Part shown: piece after piece, positions 19,975 to 28,061 of the stretch
Layout of the letters: each line of letters starts with the position of its first letter
How positions within the stretch are numbered: position 1 is the first letter of the stretch
NCBI GenBank assembly: GCA_903901225.1
Contig: CAIUQE010000048.1
Location: 5,844 to 69,843 of the forward strand
From: Candidatus Omnitrophota bacterium
GTDB lineage: Bacteria > Omnitrophota > Gorgyraeia > Zapsychrales > Fredricksoniimonadaceae
Direction: 5' to 3'
Length of the DNA stretch: 64,000 bases
Made by a program: the position numbers and the translations under genes
The notes under the pieces: generated by a model
The model's input: the letters and a program-made list of their open reading frames with translations, nothing else
Told to the model about the DNA's origin: nothing
The model's database searches: none

Positions 19975-20067
19975 CGTAGGGGAGGCCCTTGTGTCCTCCC
20001 GTTAGTGAATGCGGTTATTTATAATACTCGTTAGGTTTATTGGGCCGACACAAGGTCGGCCCCTACG
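19975..20067. repeat. REP-like inverted doublet (REPIN/BIME-like) with GTAG ends
   Basis: CGTAGGGGAGGCCCTTGTGTCCTCCC at 19975-20000 and the inverted unit GGGCCGACACAAGGTCGGCCCCTACG at 20042-20067. Each unit is itself a hairpin. Confidence 0.75.
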
Positions 20068-20212
20068 TTCTACGATATCCTCTCTGACTGTTAAGCATTA
20101 TATTTTCCCCCTACCCTTGACGCAGCCCTCTTTTATAGTATATATTTATTCTGTCGTCTTTCATTCGTTGACATTTTGGACTATATTTAAAAACCTGAAA
20201 ACAGGAGTTTTT

Positions 20213-23200
20213 ATGGTACGTTCTATTGAAGAATTATCTTGTAAGGCCTTGGTAAGAAAGTCGTTAAGCCTGTTTGTAATGGCCGCTTTCATCTTAACAA
20301 GCCTTGTGCCGCCAACCTATGCCCAGGCCGTATTCAACCTGCCCCAACCGGGTGAGATGATCGGTTTGTCCGGGGTTTATACGCCGGTCGTGCTCAAAGG
20401 CGTCTCCATTCATCCCGAAGACCCCCTTTTATTCGATTTTATCGTTGATAACGGCAATTCTGATCTCAAAGGTCAGGCTTTGACCGATGAGACCACCAAG
20501 CTTGTGAAATATTTCCTGACCGGCCTCGCTGTGCCGGAAAAGGAGCTGTGGGTCAACCTTTCGCCGGTTGAGAACAACCGTATCATGGCCGATGATCTCA
20601 GTCATACGGACGCGGGTCGCGACATGCTGGCGCAGGACTATATCCTCAAGCAGATAACGTCCACTTTGATGTATCCGGAAAAAGACCTTGGCCGCAAGTT
20701 CTGGGATGAGATCTACAGCCGCGTGAACGCGAAATTCGGCACGACCGATATCCCGGTGGACACCTTCAACAAGGTGTGGATCACGCCTGACGTGGCTGAA
20801 GTGTACCAGCACGATGGGAATGCTTTTGTGACCAAGGCGCATTTGAAGGTTATGCTCGAGGCTGATTACAATGCGCTTAACGGTGCCGCGGCCCCCATGG
20901 CTGACGCGGGGAATTCCCAGACCATCGACCTGGCGCGGGATGTGGTGCGTGAGGTGATACTGCCCGTGTTGGAGAAGGAAGTCAACGAGGGCAAGAATTT
21001 CGCGGCCCTGCGGCAGATATTCAATTCCCTGATCCTGGCCGGATGGTACAAGCATGCGTTGAAAGACAGCCTGTTGAACCAGGTTTACGCGGGTACCAAC
21101 AAGGTGGCAGGCATCGATATTGCTGAAAAGAACGCGCGGGAACAGGTTTATGCCCAGTACCTGCAGGCCTACCAGAAGGGTGTTTACAACTATATTAAGG
21201 AAGAGTTCGACAGCACGACAAAGGAGTCCCTGCCGCGTAAGTATTTTTCGGGTGGAGCCGTTCTTGATCGGGCGATGAATCCTGATATAAAAAATAAAAT
21301 TGAACTTGGGTTTGATTTTTTTAGAAAATTAGGGAAAGCACTAACCGTGGTCCCTTTTCAACTTGTTCTTAAGCAGGCACAGAACGCTGTTGAACGTACG
21401 AAAAATAATATTGCCGGAAATAAGACTTCCAAATATTTCGATCTTCCTGAGTTAAGCTCTGACGAGAACAAAGATCTTATCTCGGCTATGAATAGCCCTT
21501 TAGGAATGTCAAGATTTCTGAATTTTGATGGTGTTACATCTGCGTGGGTTATGCCGACAGTGTTGGGTATTTTAGGAATTGTGGCTGAGACAGCGGTTGT
21601 CACATTAGGACAAATACCAATGGATTATAAGTTAGTTGTTAAGAGTGTTCTGCCTTTATACAGTGGTTCGGCTTTGTATACTGCATTATATGCGTATTAT
21701 CGTAGTGCCGCACTTAATGTTGTTCAGGACGATGAAAGAAGTCGTTTGGAAAAACTTCGTGCGGTAATCTTCCTTCGCAAAATTAAAGCTAGGGAGGCTC
21801 TGTGGGATGTTTCCAATAGGGCGAAGTCTGTCGTCACTAAAGTTGCCGGATGGCTTGCCATGGATGATCGAACGCTGCGAGAAATGATCCAGACCGGGGT
21901 ATCCTCTTTTGGAGTACTAAATTATTCACGTATGACCAATCAAGAGAGGGACGCTTTGGCAGGCCAATTGGCCGCAAACAACAATTTTGAAGCCTTGGCG
22001 TTTCTTGCGATTGATCCTCCGACAAGAACCCAAGCGTTGGCATTTTTTCATGGTTGGAGCAATAGTAAAGAAGATGTTCTTGCTATAGGGAAAAATTCTA
22101 TTTTTTCGATAGCTGAGTTCTCGGGTGGGCAAAAAGAACAATTGTTCACAACATTCAGGGCTGTCGTCAACGCTGATTACGCACAGGGAGATACATTGCA
22201 AAAAATGTATTCGAAGAATCTTGACCATGTCCGCAGCGTTCAGATGCTTATCGACAATTTTAAGAAGAAAGACTGGGTACGGATTGAGTTAAATGCTTTG
22301 CGTGATGCGATACGGGATCAGATTGGTTTTGAAGGTTCTTCGGGTAATCTTTCCGGAAATCCTGAACTAACAGCAATGATATTGGAGTTGCAAAAATTAG
22401 TTGATGATAAGGAATTTGAATTATCAACAGGCGTGCAGGAGGATGGCGCGCAGGAGAGCAGGAAACCAGCTAGTCTGGAAGAGGTCAGGTTAGATAAGAT
22501 CTTCTCGAAATACTCTTTAAGTGCCGCTGCTTTTTGGGATGCATATTTCTATTATGTTGAAAAGGTCATTTATCAGGAGACAAAGAACCAGTCATTTGAT
22601 CGCGTTACAAAGTTTAAATCCGTGGGTCTGCGATTGTTAACTCCGATCATTGAAAAAGTAGCCGGTATAGACTCCGGCGTAAGTATTAAAAAGCCGGGAG
22701 AAATACAAAGCTTCTTGGATGAAAAAATCAAGGAATTCAATAAAGACCGGTCACAAACGACGGATTTCGCGGCATCGCCGATCACCCTTTTATTCACGGC
22801 ATTGAGTGCTGCCGAACAACGTGAGGCTGCATTTATTATCGATAACGTAAAACACGGGCTTTTTGGTGATGCGATGGCAGCGGTGGTTTCAAGTGATTCG
22901 AGATTTTCGCCTGCAATTAAACAATTGGCTCTTTGGTTATTAATTCAGCGTTCCTGGAAAGATCCTTATTCTGACCTGGCAACTGACCTTATTAAACAAG
23001 AGATCCGTTATACAATGCCAGAGTTGCGTGCGGTTAACAAAGATGATTTTTCGCCAAAGGATTGGAATGTGATGTTAACCAATAAGTGGATCGATGAGCT
23101 TGGCGTGATCCAGGATGAATTTAAGAAAATCACTGACTATTCAAAGGTGCATTTGGATGGTGTGGAGGACGTAGATGTGCAAAACATTTGTCAGACATTG

Positions 23201-24022
23201 AACGATGAAATTGTCGCGCCAATGTACGATACAGATCTTGTCGTTGCGCATAAAGAGTTGCATTTTAAAAAAGAAGACAGAAAGAAATGGGAAGATGTGG
23301 TCTTTCTTAACGAAACTTCATTGTTCAAACGATATATTGAATTAAGCGGCTCTCAGGAAGAATTTATGGCATTTGTTGATCGTTTTAATGTTAAAAATTT
23401 TAGCAAGAAGCGGTTGGCGCGTTTATTAAATGAGATCAACGCGCAGGTTAATTCCAATCAATATGATGAGGAAAAAAAGATTTTTCTTACAGGATGGAGA
23501 GGGCTGATCGAGCAATTTATTGAGAGTAAGCCCGTGAATGAAGTTTCTGCCCAAGTTAAAATAACAGAACGAGATGATTTTGTGCCTCCATACAGGAGGA
23601 GGATCGATGAGCTCATGCGTGAATCCTTTCCTTCGGGTCAAGATGTTAAGACAGATTCTGGCGAACCTCTTTATAGAAGGCAAATCAATAAACTTATGCA
23701 GAAGAAGAATCTCCCAGGCAGTGATAGTGCCGGGACAGTCGGGACTTCCCAAAAGGATATACAAGGCGGTATCGACCTCGGCCAGGGGGATTATCTCAAG
23801 GTCATTGGCACGGACGCGTCCGGTATGCCGAAGTTCGACCCGGCTCAGCTTATCCAGTTACAGAAGGACCTGCGCGGGATCGTTCCTGTGCCGGTTGGAG
23901 TTCCTCAGCCTGTGAATTTAAAGCCGCTCCTGGGGCTTGACCCCAACAGCGGCAACGAGAACCTCCAGACCGGCCAGCTTGACCCGGTGAAGGTTGAGGC
24001 TGAAGAGGGGGTTCCTTCCTGA
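20213..24022 (+). CDS. Large secreted mosaic protein: host-like N-terminal domain, AT-rich variable core, GGIDL C-terminal domain
   Basis: SD AGGAG at 20203. Signal peptide ends PTYAQ and the N-domain ends LPRKYFSGG. Composition shifts abruptly at about 21280 and back at about 23760. The ORF extension to 20009 runs through the REP element and is rejected. Confidence 0.85.
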   Translation: MVRSIEELSCKALVRKSLSLFVMAAFILTSLVPPTYAQAVFNLPQPGEMIGLSGVYTPVVLKGVSIHPEDPLLFDFIVDNGNSDLKGQALTDETTKLVKYFLTGLAVPEKELWVNLSPVENNRIMADDLSHTDAGRDMLAQDYILKQITSTLMYPEKDLGRKFWDEIYSRVNAKFGTTDIPVDTFNKVWITPDVAEVYQHDGNAFVTKAHLKVMLEADYNALNGAAAPMADAGNSQTIDLARDVVREVILPVLEKEVNEGKNFAALRQIFNSLILAGWYKHALKDSLLNQVYAGTNKVAGIDIAEKNAREQVYAQYLQAYQKGVYNYIKEEFDSTTKESLPRKYFSGGAVLDRAMNPDIKNKIELGFDFFRKLGKALTVVPFQLVLKQAQNAVERTKNNIAGNKTSKYFDLPELSSDENKDLISAMNSPLGMSRFLNFDGVTSAWVMPTVLGILGIVAETAVVTLGQIPMDYKLVVKSVLPLYSGSALYTALYAYYRSAALNVVQDDERSRLEKLRAVIFLRKIKAREALWDVSNRAKSVVTKVAGWLAMDDRTLREMIQTGVSSFGVLNYSRMTNQERDALAGQLAANNNFEALAFLAIDPPTRTQALAFFHGWSNSKEDVLAIGKNSIFSIAEFSGGQKEQLFTTFRAVVNADYAQGDTLQKMYSKNLDHVRSVQMLIDNFKKKDWVRIELNALRDAIRDQIGFEGSSGNLSGNPELTAMILELQKLVDDKEFELSTGVQEDGAQESRKPASLEEVRLDKIFSKYSLSAAAFWDAYFYYVEKVIYQETKNQSFDRVTKFKSVGLRLLTPIIEKVAGIDSGVSIKKPGEIQSFLDEKIKEFNKDRSQTTDFAASPITLLFTALSAAEQREAAFIIDNVKHGLFGDAMAAVVSSDSRFSPAIKQLALWLLIQRSWKDPYSDLATDLIKQEIRYTMPELRAVNKDDFSPKDWNVMLTNKWIDELGVIQDEFKKITDYSKVHLDGVEDVDVQNICQTLNDEIVAPMYDTDLVVAHKELHFKKEDRKKWEDVVFLNETSLFKRYIELSGSQEEFMAFVDRFNVKNFSKKRLARLLNEINAQVNSNQYDEEKKIFLTGWRGLIEQFIESKPVNEVSAQVKITERDDFVPPYRRRIDELMRESFPSGQDVKTDSGEPLYRRQINKLMQKKNLPGSDSAGTVGTSQKDIQGGIDLGQGDYLKVIGTDASGMPKFDPAQLIQLQKDLRGIVPVPVGVPQPVNLKPLLGLDPNSGNENLQTGQLDPVKVEAEEGVPS

Positions 24023-24146
24023 GCCATGGTTTATTAAAAAATATTGGCAATCTGTCCGGGTATAGTGTATATTGTAGGTACTTAAGGCAGTAAGTTAGTT
24101 CAATGACGCTTATATTTTCGTAACAATCAGGAAAGGCAGGTATATT

Positions 24147-24236
24147 ATGGCTGAATGGAAAGAAGACAAGCCGATCAAGATCAACCAGGCTCAGCGCGAG
24201 ATCTTCGGTTGGGATAATATCGATATTCTCATCTGA
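24147..24236 (+). CDS. Unannotated 29-aa small protein MAEWKEDKPIKINQAQREIFGWDNIDILI
   Basis: Candidate promoter TTGGCA-18-TATATT (24044-24073), purine-rich SD AGGAAAGGCAGG, C-ending host-like codons in an AT-rich intergenic region, and a downstream terminator. Confidence 0.55.
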   Translation: MAEWKEDKPIKINQAQREIFGWDNIDILI

Positions 24237-24257
24237 AGATATTTTGATCTCGATCCT

Positions 24258-24292
24258 AAAGCCCTGTAAGGAAAAAACTTACGGGGTTTTTT
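24258..24292. terminator. Probable bidirectional intrinsic terminator
   Basis: AAAGCCCTGTAAG-loop-CTTACGGGGTTTTTT between the convergent small ORF and queH. Confidence 0.7.
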
Positions 24293-24837
24293 CATTTCAG
24301 GATCGAGTACTCACAGCCGCAGTATTTTTGCCGGTAGAAGTCCTCTCTCTTTGAAACAGCCTGCATCCGTTCAATGCCTTTGCCCTTGCGCCAGTCCCTA
24401 TCAAGGAAGGCAAGCCCCGCATAGGGGGCCACGGCATTAACCCCGGCCAGCCGTACCTGCCGGGGGTCTTTCCAGCGGGAAATGCCATTGGTCGTGGCCA
24501 GCGCCTTAAAGCCGTTATCATGGGCATATAATGCAGCCCGTTCAAGGCGCATATCAAAGCAAACCTGACAACGGCGGCCGCGTTCCTTTTCATCTTCAAG
24601 CCCTTTGACCCGCAGCATCCATTTATCCGGGTCGTGGTCCGCGTCAATGAAAGGGACGCCTTTTTTGACAGAAAAGCGCTTTACCTCAGCTTTACGGCGT
24701 TCATATTCTTCGAACGGGTGGATATTGGGGTTATAGAAATAGAGGGTCAGTCCCTGGCCTTCATCCAGCAGGGTCTCGATGATCCCGGCTGAGCATGGCG
24801 CGCAACAAACGTGCAGGAGAAGGTCGGTGGATGGCAT
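24292..24837 (-). CDS. queH: Epoxyqueuosine reductase QueH (DUF208)
   Basis: LLHVCCAPCS, FYNPNIHP, RCQVCFDMRL, YRQKYCGCEYS. Confidence 0.92.
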   Translation of the reverse strand: MPSTDLLLHVCCAPCSAGIIETLLDEGQGLTLYFYNPNIHPFEEYERRKAEVKRFSVKKGVPFIDADHDPDKWMLRVKGLEDEKERGRRCQVCFDMRLERAALYAHDNGFKALATTNGISRWKDPRQVRLAGVNAVAPYAGLAFLDRDWRKGKGIERMQAVSKREDFYRQKYCGCEYSILK

Positions 24838-24900
24838 TTATATTTGAAGTTGCGATTGACGTCTATACGGCTATGTTATACTTAAAAAGTATTCTAATTT

Positions 24901-25548
24901 ATGAAACCATTAAAAGCTATTATTTTTGATATGGACGGCGTGATCACGATGAGCATGCCGTTGCACTACCGCGCCTGGGCCAAGGTTTTCGCGGATATTG
25001 GCATCAAGGTGTCGCGCTTTGAGATTTACCGGCGTGAAGGCCAGAAAGGCCTCGACAGCGTGATGGAGATATCGGCCAAATACGGCAAACCTGTTGGTGT
25101 GGCTGTGGCGAAAGAGCTTTTATTGAAGAAAGAGCGTTTGTTCAAGCGTATCGTCCGTACGCGCTTTGTGCCCGGGGCCAGACGTTTTATTAAACAATGC
25201 CATCATGACGGGCTTAAGACGGGCCTTGTTACCGGAACGGCACGGCATGAGGTTGAAAAGATACTTCCGGATGCCCTCATCAAGGCGTTCGATGTGATCG
25301 TCTGCGGCAGTGATGTCAGGAATGGTAAGCCGCATCCGGAGCCGTATCTCAAGGCGCTTGGATCCTTGAAGATCACCGGGGGAGAGGCGCTTGTGATCGA
25401 GAACGCCCCTTTTGGGATCACTTCCGCGGTCAAGGCGGGGGTGAAATGCGTGGCCATTGAAACATCCCTGCCACGGCGCTATCTTAAGGATGCTGACCAT
25501 GTGGTACGGAATTACACGGAATTAAGGAAGTTTCTTAAAAAGATCTGA
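24901..25548 (+). CDS. HAD-superfamily phosphatase (beta-PGM/CbbY-like)
   Basis: IFDMDGV, LVTG, GKPHPEPY, VIENAPFG. Confidence 0.9.
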   Translation: MKPLKAIIFDMDGVITMSMPLHYRAWAKVFADIGIKVSRFEIYRREGQKGLDSVMEISAKYGKPVGVAVAKELLLKKERLFKRIVRTRFVPGARRFIKQCHHDGLKTGLVTGTARHEVEKILPDALIKAFDVIVCGSDVRNGKPHPEPYLKALGSLKITGGEALVIENAPFGITSAVKAGVKCVAIETSLPRRYLKDADHVVRNYTELRKFLKKI

Positions 25549-25555
25549 CATTTCT

Positions 25556-26404
25556 ATGAAAAAACCCAGGGTCCTTCTTATCTATAAGCGTAGTGCTTTG
25601 GCGATGGCTGGAAAAATTTCAGGCCGGCACCATAACACCCGCAAGTTCCTGCATAACCATCTGGCCCATTATGAAGCCCTAAGCTCCATTGAAAAGATCC
25701 TGAAAAAGTACGATGTCCCGTACCGGAAATACGCCCGGGGCAAGTTCAAGGATTACAGCCCGTATGACGTGATCGTCACGGTCGGCGGCGACGGGACGGT
25801 CCTGCAGGCCGCGCGCTGGGTCAACCGGCGCCAGGTCATCCTTGGCGTCAATTCCGATCCTGCCTGGAGTATCGGTGAATTCTGTTGTACCGACGCGGCG
25901 CATTTTGAACTTAAACTAAAGCAGCTGCTCGGATCAAAGCTGAAGACCTGCCGTTTGTACAAGCTTCAGATACGCCTCAAGGATGCCGGCAGGACCCGTC
26001 GTGTCGAATGCCTCAATGATATCCTGATCTGCCACGCCAATCCCGCGGCCATGAGCCGCTACGCGTTGACCATCGGGGGAGTCAGGGAGGACCAGAGGGA
26101 TTCCGGGATATGGTTCTCGACGGCAGCGGGGTCCACGGGGGCCATGCTTTCGGCTGGCGGGAAGGCCATGCCTTTGTCTTCTACTGATTTCCAGTACCAT
26201 CCGCGGGAGCTTTACCAGGTCAAGGGCGTGCCGTACCGCCTGAGCGGCGGCCTTGTCAAGCGCCCTCAGAAAGCCGTCCTGGTGTCCTTCATGCCGCACG
26301 GGCGGGTTTTTGTCGACGGGGCGCACATCAAGTTCCCGTTCACCTACGGCAGCCGCGCTGAAATATCCCTTTCATCCAACTATGTCCAGTTGGTCCATGC
26401 CTGA
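25556..26404 (+). CDS. nadK: NAD(+)/NADH kinase
   Basis: VGGDGTVL, LND, STAAGSTGAMLSAGG, VDG. Confidence 0.85.
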   Translation: MKKPRVLLIYKRSALAMAGKISGRHHNTRKFLHNHLAHYEALSSIEKILKKYDVPYRKYARGKFKDYSPYDVIVTVGGDGTVLQAARWVNRRQVILGVNSDPAWSIGEFCCTDAAHFELKLKQLLGSKLKTCRLYKLQIRLKDAGRTRRVECLNDILICHANPAAMSRYALTIGGVREDQRDSGIWFSTAAGSTGAMLSAGGKAMPLSSTDFQYHPRELYQVKGVPYRLSGGLVKRPQKAVLVSFMPHGRVFVDGAHIKFPFTYGSRAEISLSSNYVQLVHA

Positions 26405-27455
26405 TAAATTATTTTCAAAAAAACTCCTGAAATGGTATGACGCGCACGCGCGTTCGCTGCCGTGGCGCGGCACCAAAGACCCCTATAAAATATGGGTCTC
26501 GGAGGCCATGCTGCAGCAGACAACGGTCAAGACCGTGCTGGGCTATTATGACCGGTGGCTGGGGATTTTTCCTGACATTAACAGCCTTGCGTCGGCGCCT
26601 ATTGAAAAGGTCCTTAAGGCCTGGCAGGGGCTTGGTTATTACAATCGTGCCAGGAATTTTCACAGGTCAGCGCAGATCGTTATGGCCGAACATCGGGGTG
26701 TTTTACCGTCCGACCCGGAAACTTTGCGGAAATTGCCGGGGTTCGGGCCTTACATGACGGCATCCGTGGCCAGCATCGCGTTCGATGCGCGCGTGCCGCT
26801 GGTGGATGCCAATGTGCGACGGATCGTGATGCGGTTGTTAAATATCCATGGGCCGGCTGTGGCGTCGCTGGACAATGAATTATTGCTATTCTTGAATAAT
26901 GTTTTACCGCTTAAGCGCTGTGGCGATTTTAACCAGGCGTTGATGGAGCTTGGGTCCCAGGCATGCACCACGAATGAACCAGGATGTGACGCATGTCCGC
27001 TCAAGAGTTATTGCAAGGCATTCAAGGAAGGCTGTCAGGAGCAGATCCCGACCCCGAAAAAGGTCGAGATCAGCCAGATAACGGCTGTTATTGGCCTGAT
27101 CCGCAGGAATGGCAAATACCTGATCCAGCAAAGGCCTGCGGGCGGCCTTTTGGCTGGTTTATGGGAGTTTCCTGGTGGCAAGGTCGAAAAGACCGATAAA
27201 AGCCTTCAAGAGGCCCTTGCACGGGAGCTTTTAGAGGAACTGGAGTGTTCCTGCCTTGTAGGGGAGGAATTCTGCCGTGTGCGGCATTATTACACGACCA
27301 ACAAAGTCCATCTGATAGCTTTCCAGGCGGCGCTGGGTGCAGGTCAGTTCAAGCTAAAGAAGCACCAACGATGGGTCGGCGTGAAAGAACTTCAGGAATA
27401 CGCCATGCCATCAGGCAACGCCAGGATACTCGAAAAGCTTTTGCAGCCCCTATAA
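26397..27455 (+). CDS. mutY: A/G-specific adenine glycosylase with C-terminal Nudix domain
   Basis: LPWR, WVSEAMLQQT, WQGLGYYNRARN, HhH LPGFGPY, FNQALMELG, Fe-S motif C-x6-C-x2-C-x5-C, GLWEFPGG. Start at ATG 26397. Confidence 0.93.
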   Translation: MPDKLFSKKLLKWYDAHARSLPWRGTKDPYKIWVSEAMLQQTTVKTVLGYYDRWLGIFPDINSLASAPIEKVLKAWQGLGYYNRARNFHRSAQIVMAEHRGVLPSDPETLRKLPGFGPYMTASVASIAFDARVPLVDANVRRIVMRLLNIHGPAVASLDNELLLFLNNVLPLKRCGDFNQALMELGSQACTTNEPGCDACPLKSYCKAFKEGCQEQIPTPKKVEISQITAVIGLIRRNGKYLIQQRPAGGLLAGLWEFPGGKVEKTDKSLQEALARELLEELECSCLVGEEFCRVRHYYTTNKVHLIAFQAALGAGQFKLKKHQRWVGVKELQEYAMPSGNARILEKLLQPL

Positions 27456-27458
27456 ACA

Positions 27459-27486
27459 ACTTCCTATAATATACGTTATGTTAACT
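27459..27486 (+). other. dif: dif site (XerC/XerD chromosome dimer resolution site)
   Basis: ACTTCCTATAA-TATACG-TTATGTTAACT has the 11-6-11 architecture with a canonical XerD-type arm (TTATGTTAA). It closely matches Firmicute-type dif and lies where gene orientation flips. Confidence 0.85.
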
Positions 27487-27491
27487 TCGCA

Positions 27492-27541
27492 CACAGGAAA
27501 GCAGGTTTTGAGCGGCTTGCACGCTCACCAGCTTTCTTGTG
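27492..27541. terminator. Long hairpin between convergent mutY and ssb, possibly a terminator
   Basis: CACAGGAAAGC-AGGT-TT-TGAGCG / CGCTC-ACC-A-GCTTTCTTGTG. Confidence 0.5.
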
Positions 27542-27568
27542 ACCAATAACGTATTATTCTCCAGGAAA

Positions 27569-27976
27569 TTATTCTTCCCACGCGATATTATCAGGGCTCA
27601 CCGCTCCAGATGACTCAGCCTCTGAGCCATCCTGAGGCCCGCGTCCGGAGCCTTCTCTCTTGGGCATGAAGTGGACGCTGTTCGCCGCTATCCTGACGCG
27701 GCTTTGGGTCTTGCCATCTTTTTCCCAGCGGTCCTGCTTGAGGCGGCCTTCAACAATGATGCCGCTGCCTTTTTTGAGGTACTTGGCGCAATTTTCGCCC
27801 ATAGGCCCCCAGACATCGATATCAAAGTATGAAACTTCCGTGACCTTCTCATTGTTCTTGGTATAAACACGGTTATTGGCGATCGAGATGCCGCAGACAG
27901 ATTTGCCGGACGCGAGTATTTTTAGTTCCGGATCCCTTGTCAGGTTCCCCATGATGTTGACGCTGTTCAGGCTCAT
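27569..27976 (-). CDS. ssb: Single-stranded DNA-binding protein
   Basis: LNSVNIMGNLTRDPEL, YLKKGS.IIVEGRL.QDRWE, acidic tail. SD AAGGA. Confidence 0.95.
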   Translation of the reverse strand: MSLNSVNIMGNLTRDPELKILASGKSVCGISIANNRVYTKNNEKVTEVSYFDIDVWGPMGENCAKYLKKGSGIIVEGRLKQDRWEKDGKTQSRVRIAANSVHFMPKREGSGRGPQDGSEAESSGAVSPDNIAWEE

Positions 27977-28023
27977 GTAACGATCCTTTCTGTAATGATC
28001 ATTTTCTTGTTCGGGGTTATTTT

Positions 28024-28052
28024 AAGCTACCACACACATTTGCGGTGGTCAA
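28024..28052 (-). promoter_or_regulatory. Candidate sigma70 promoter of ssb
   Basis: On the minus strand TTGACC-17 nt-TAGCTT with an extended -10 TG. Confidence 0.5.
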
Positions 28053-28061
28053 GGATGTTTT

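Noticed and set aside
20009-20212. N-terminal extension of the large ORF
   Set aside because: It translates the REP element and promoter region. The SD and signal peptide support ATG 20213.
27480-27560. Integron attC site
   Set aside because: The hairpin lacks correctly oriented RYYYAAC...GTTRRRY ends, and there is no integrase or cassette array. The dif interpretation fits better.
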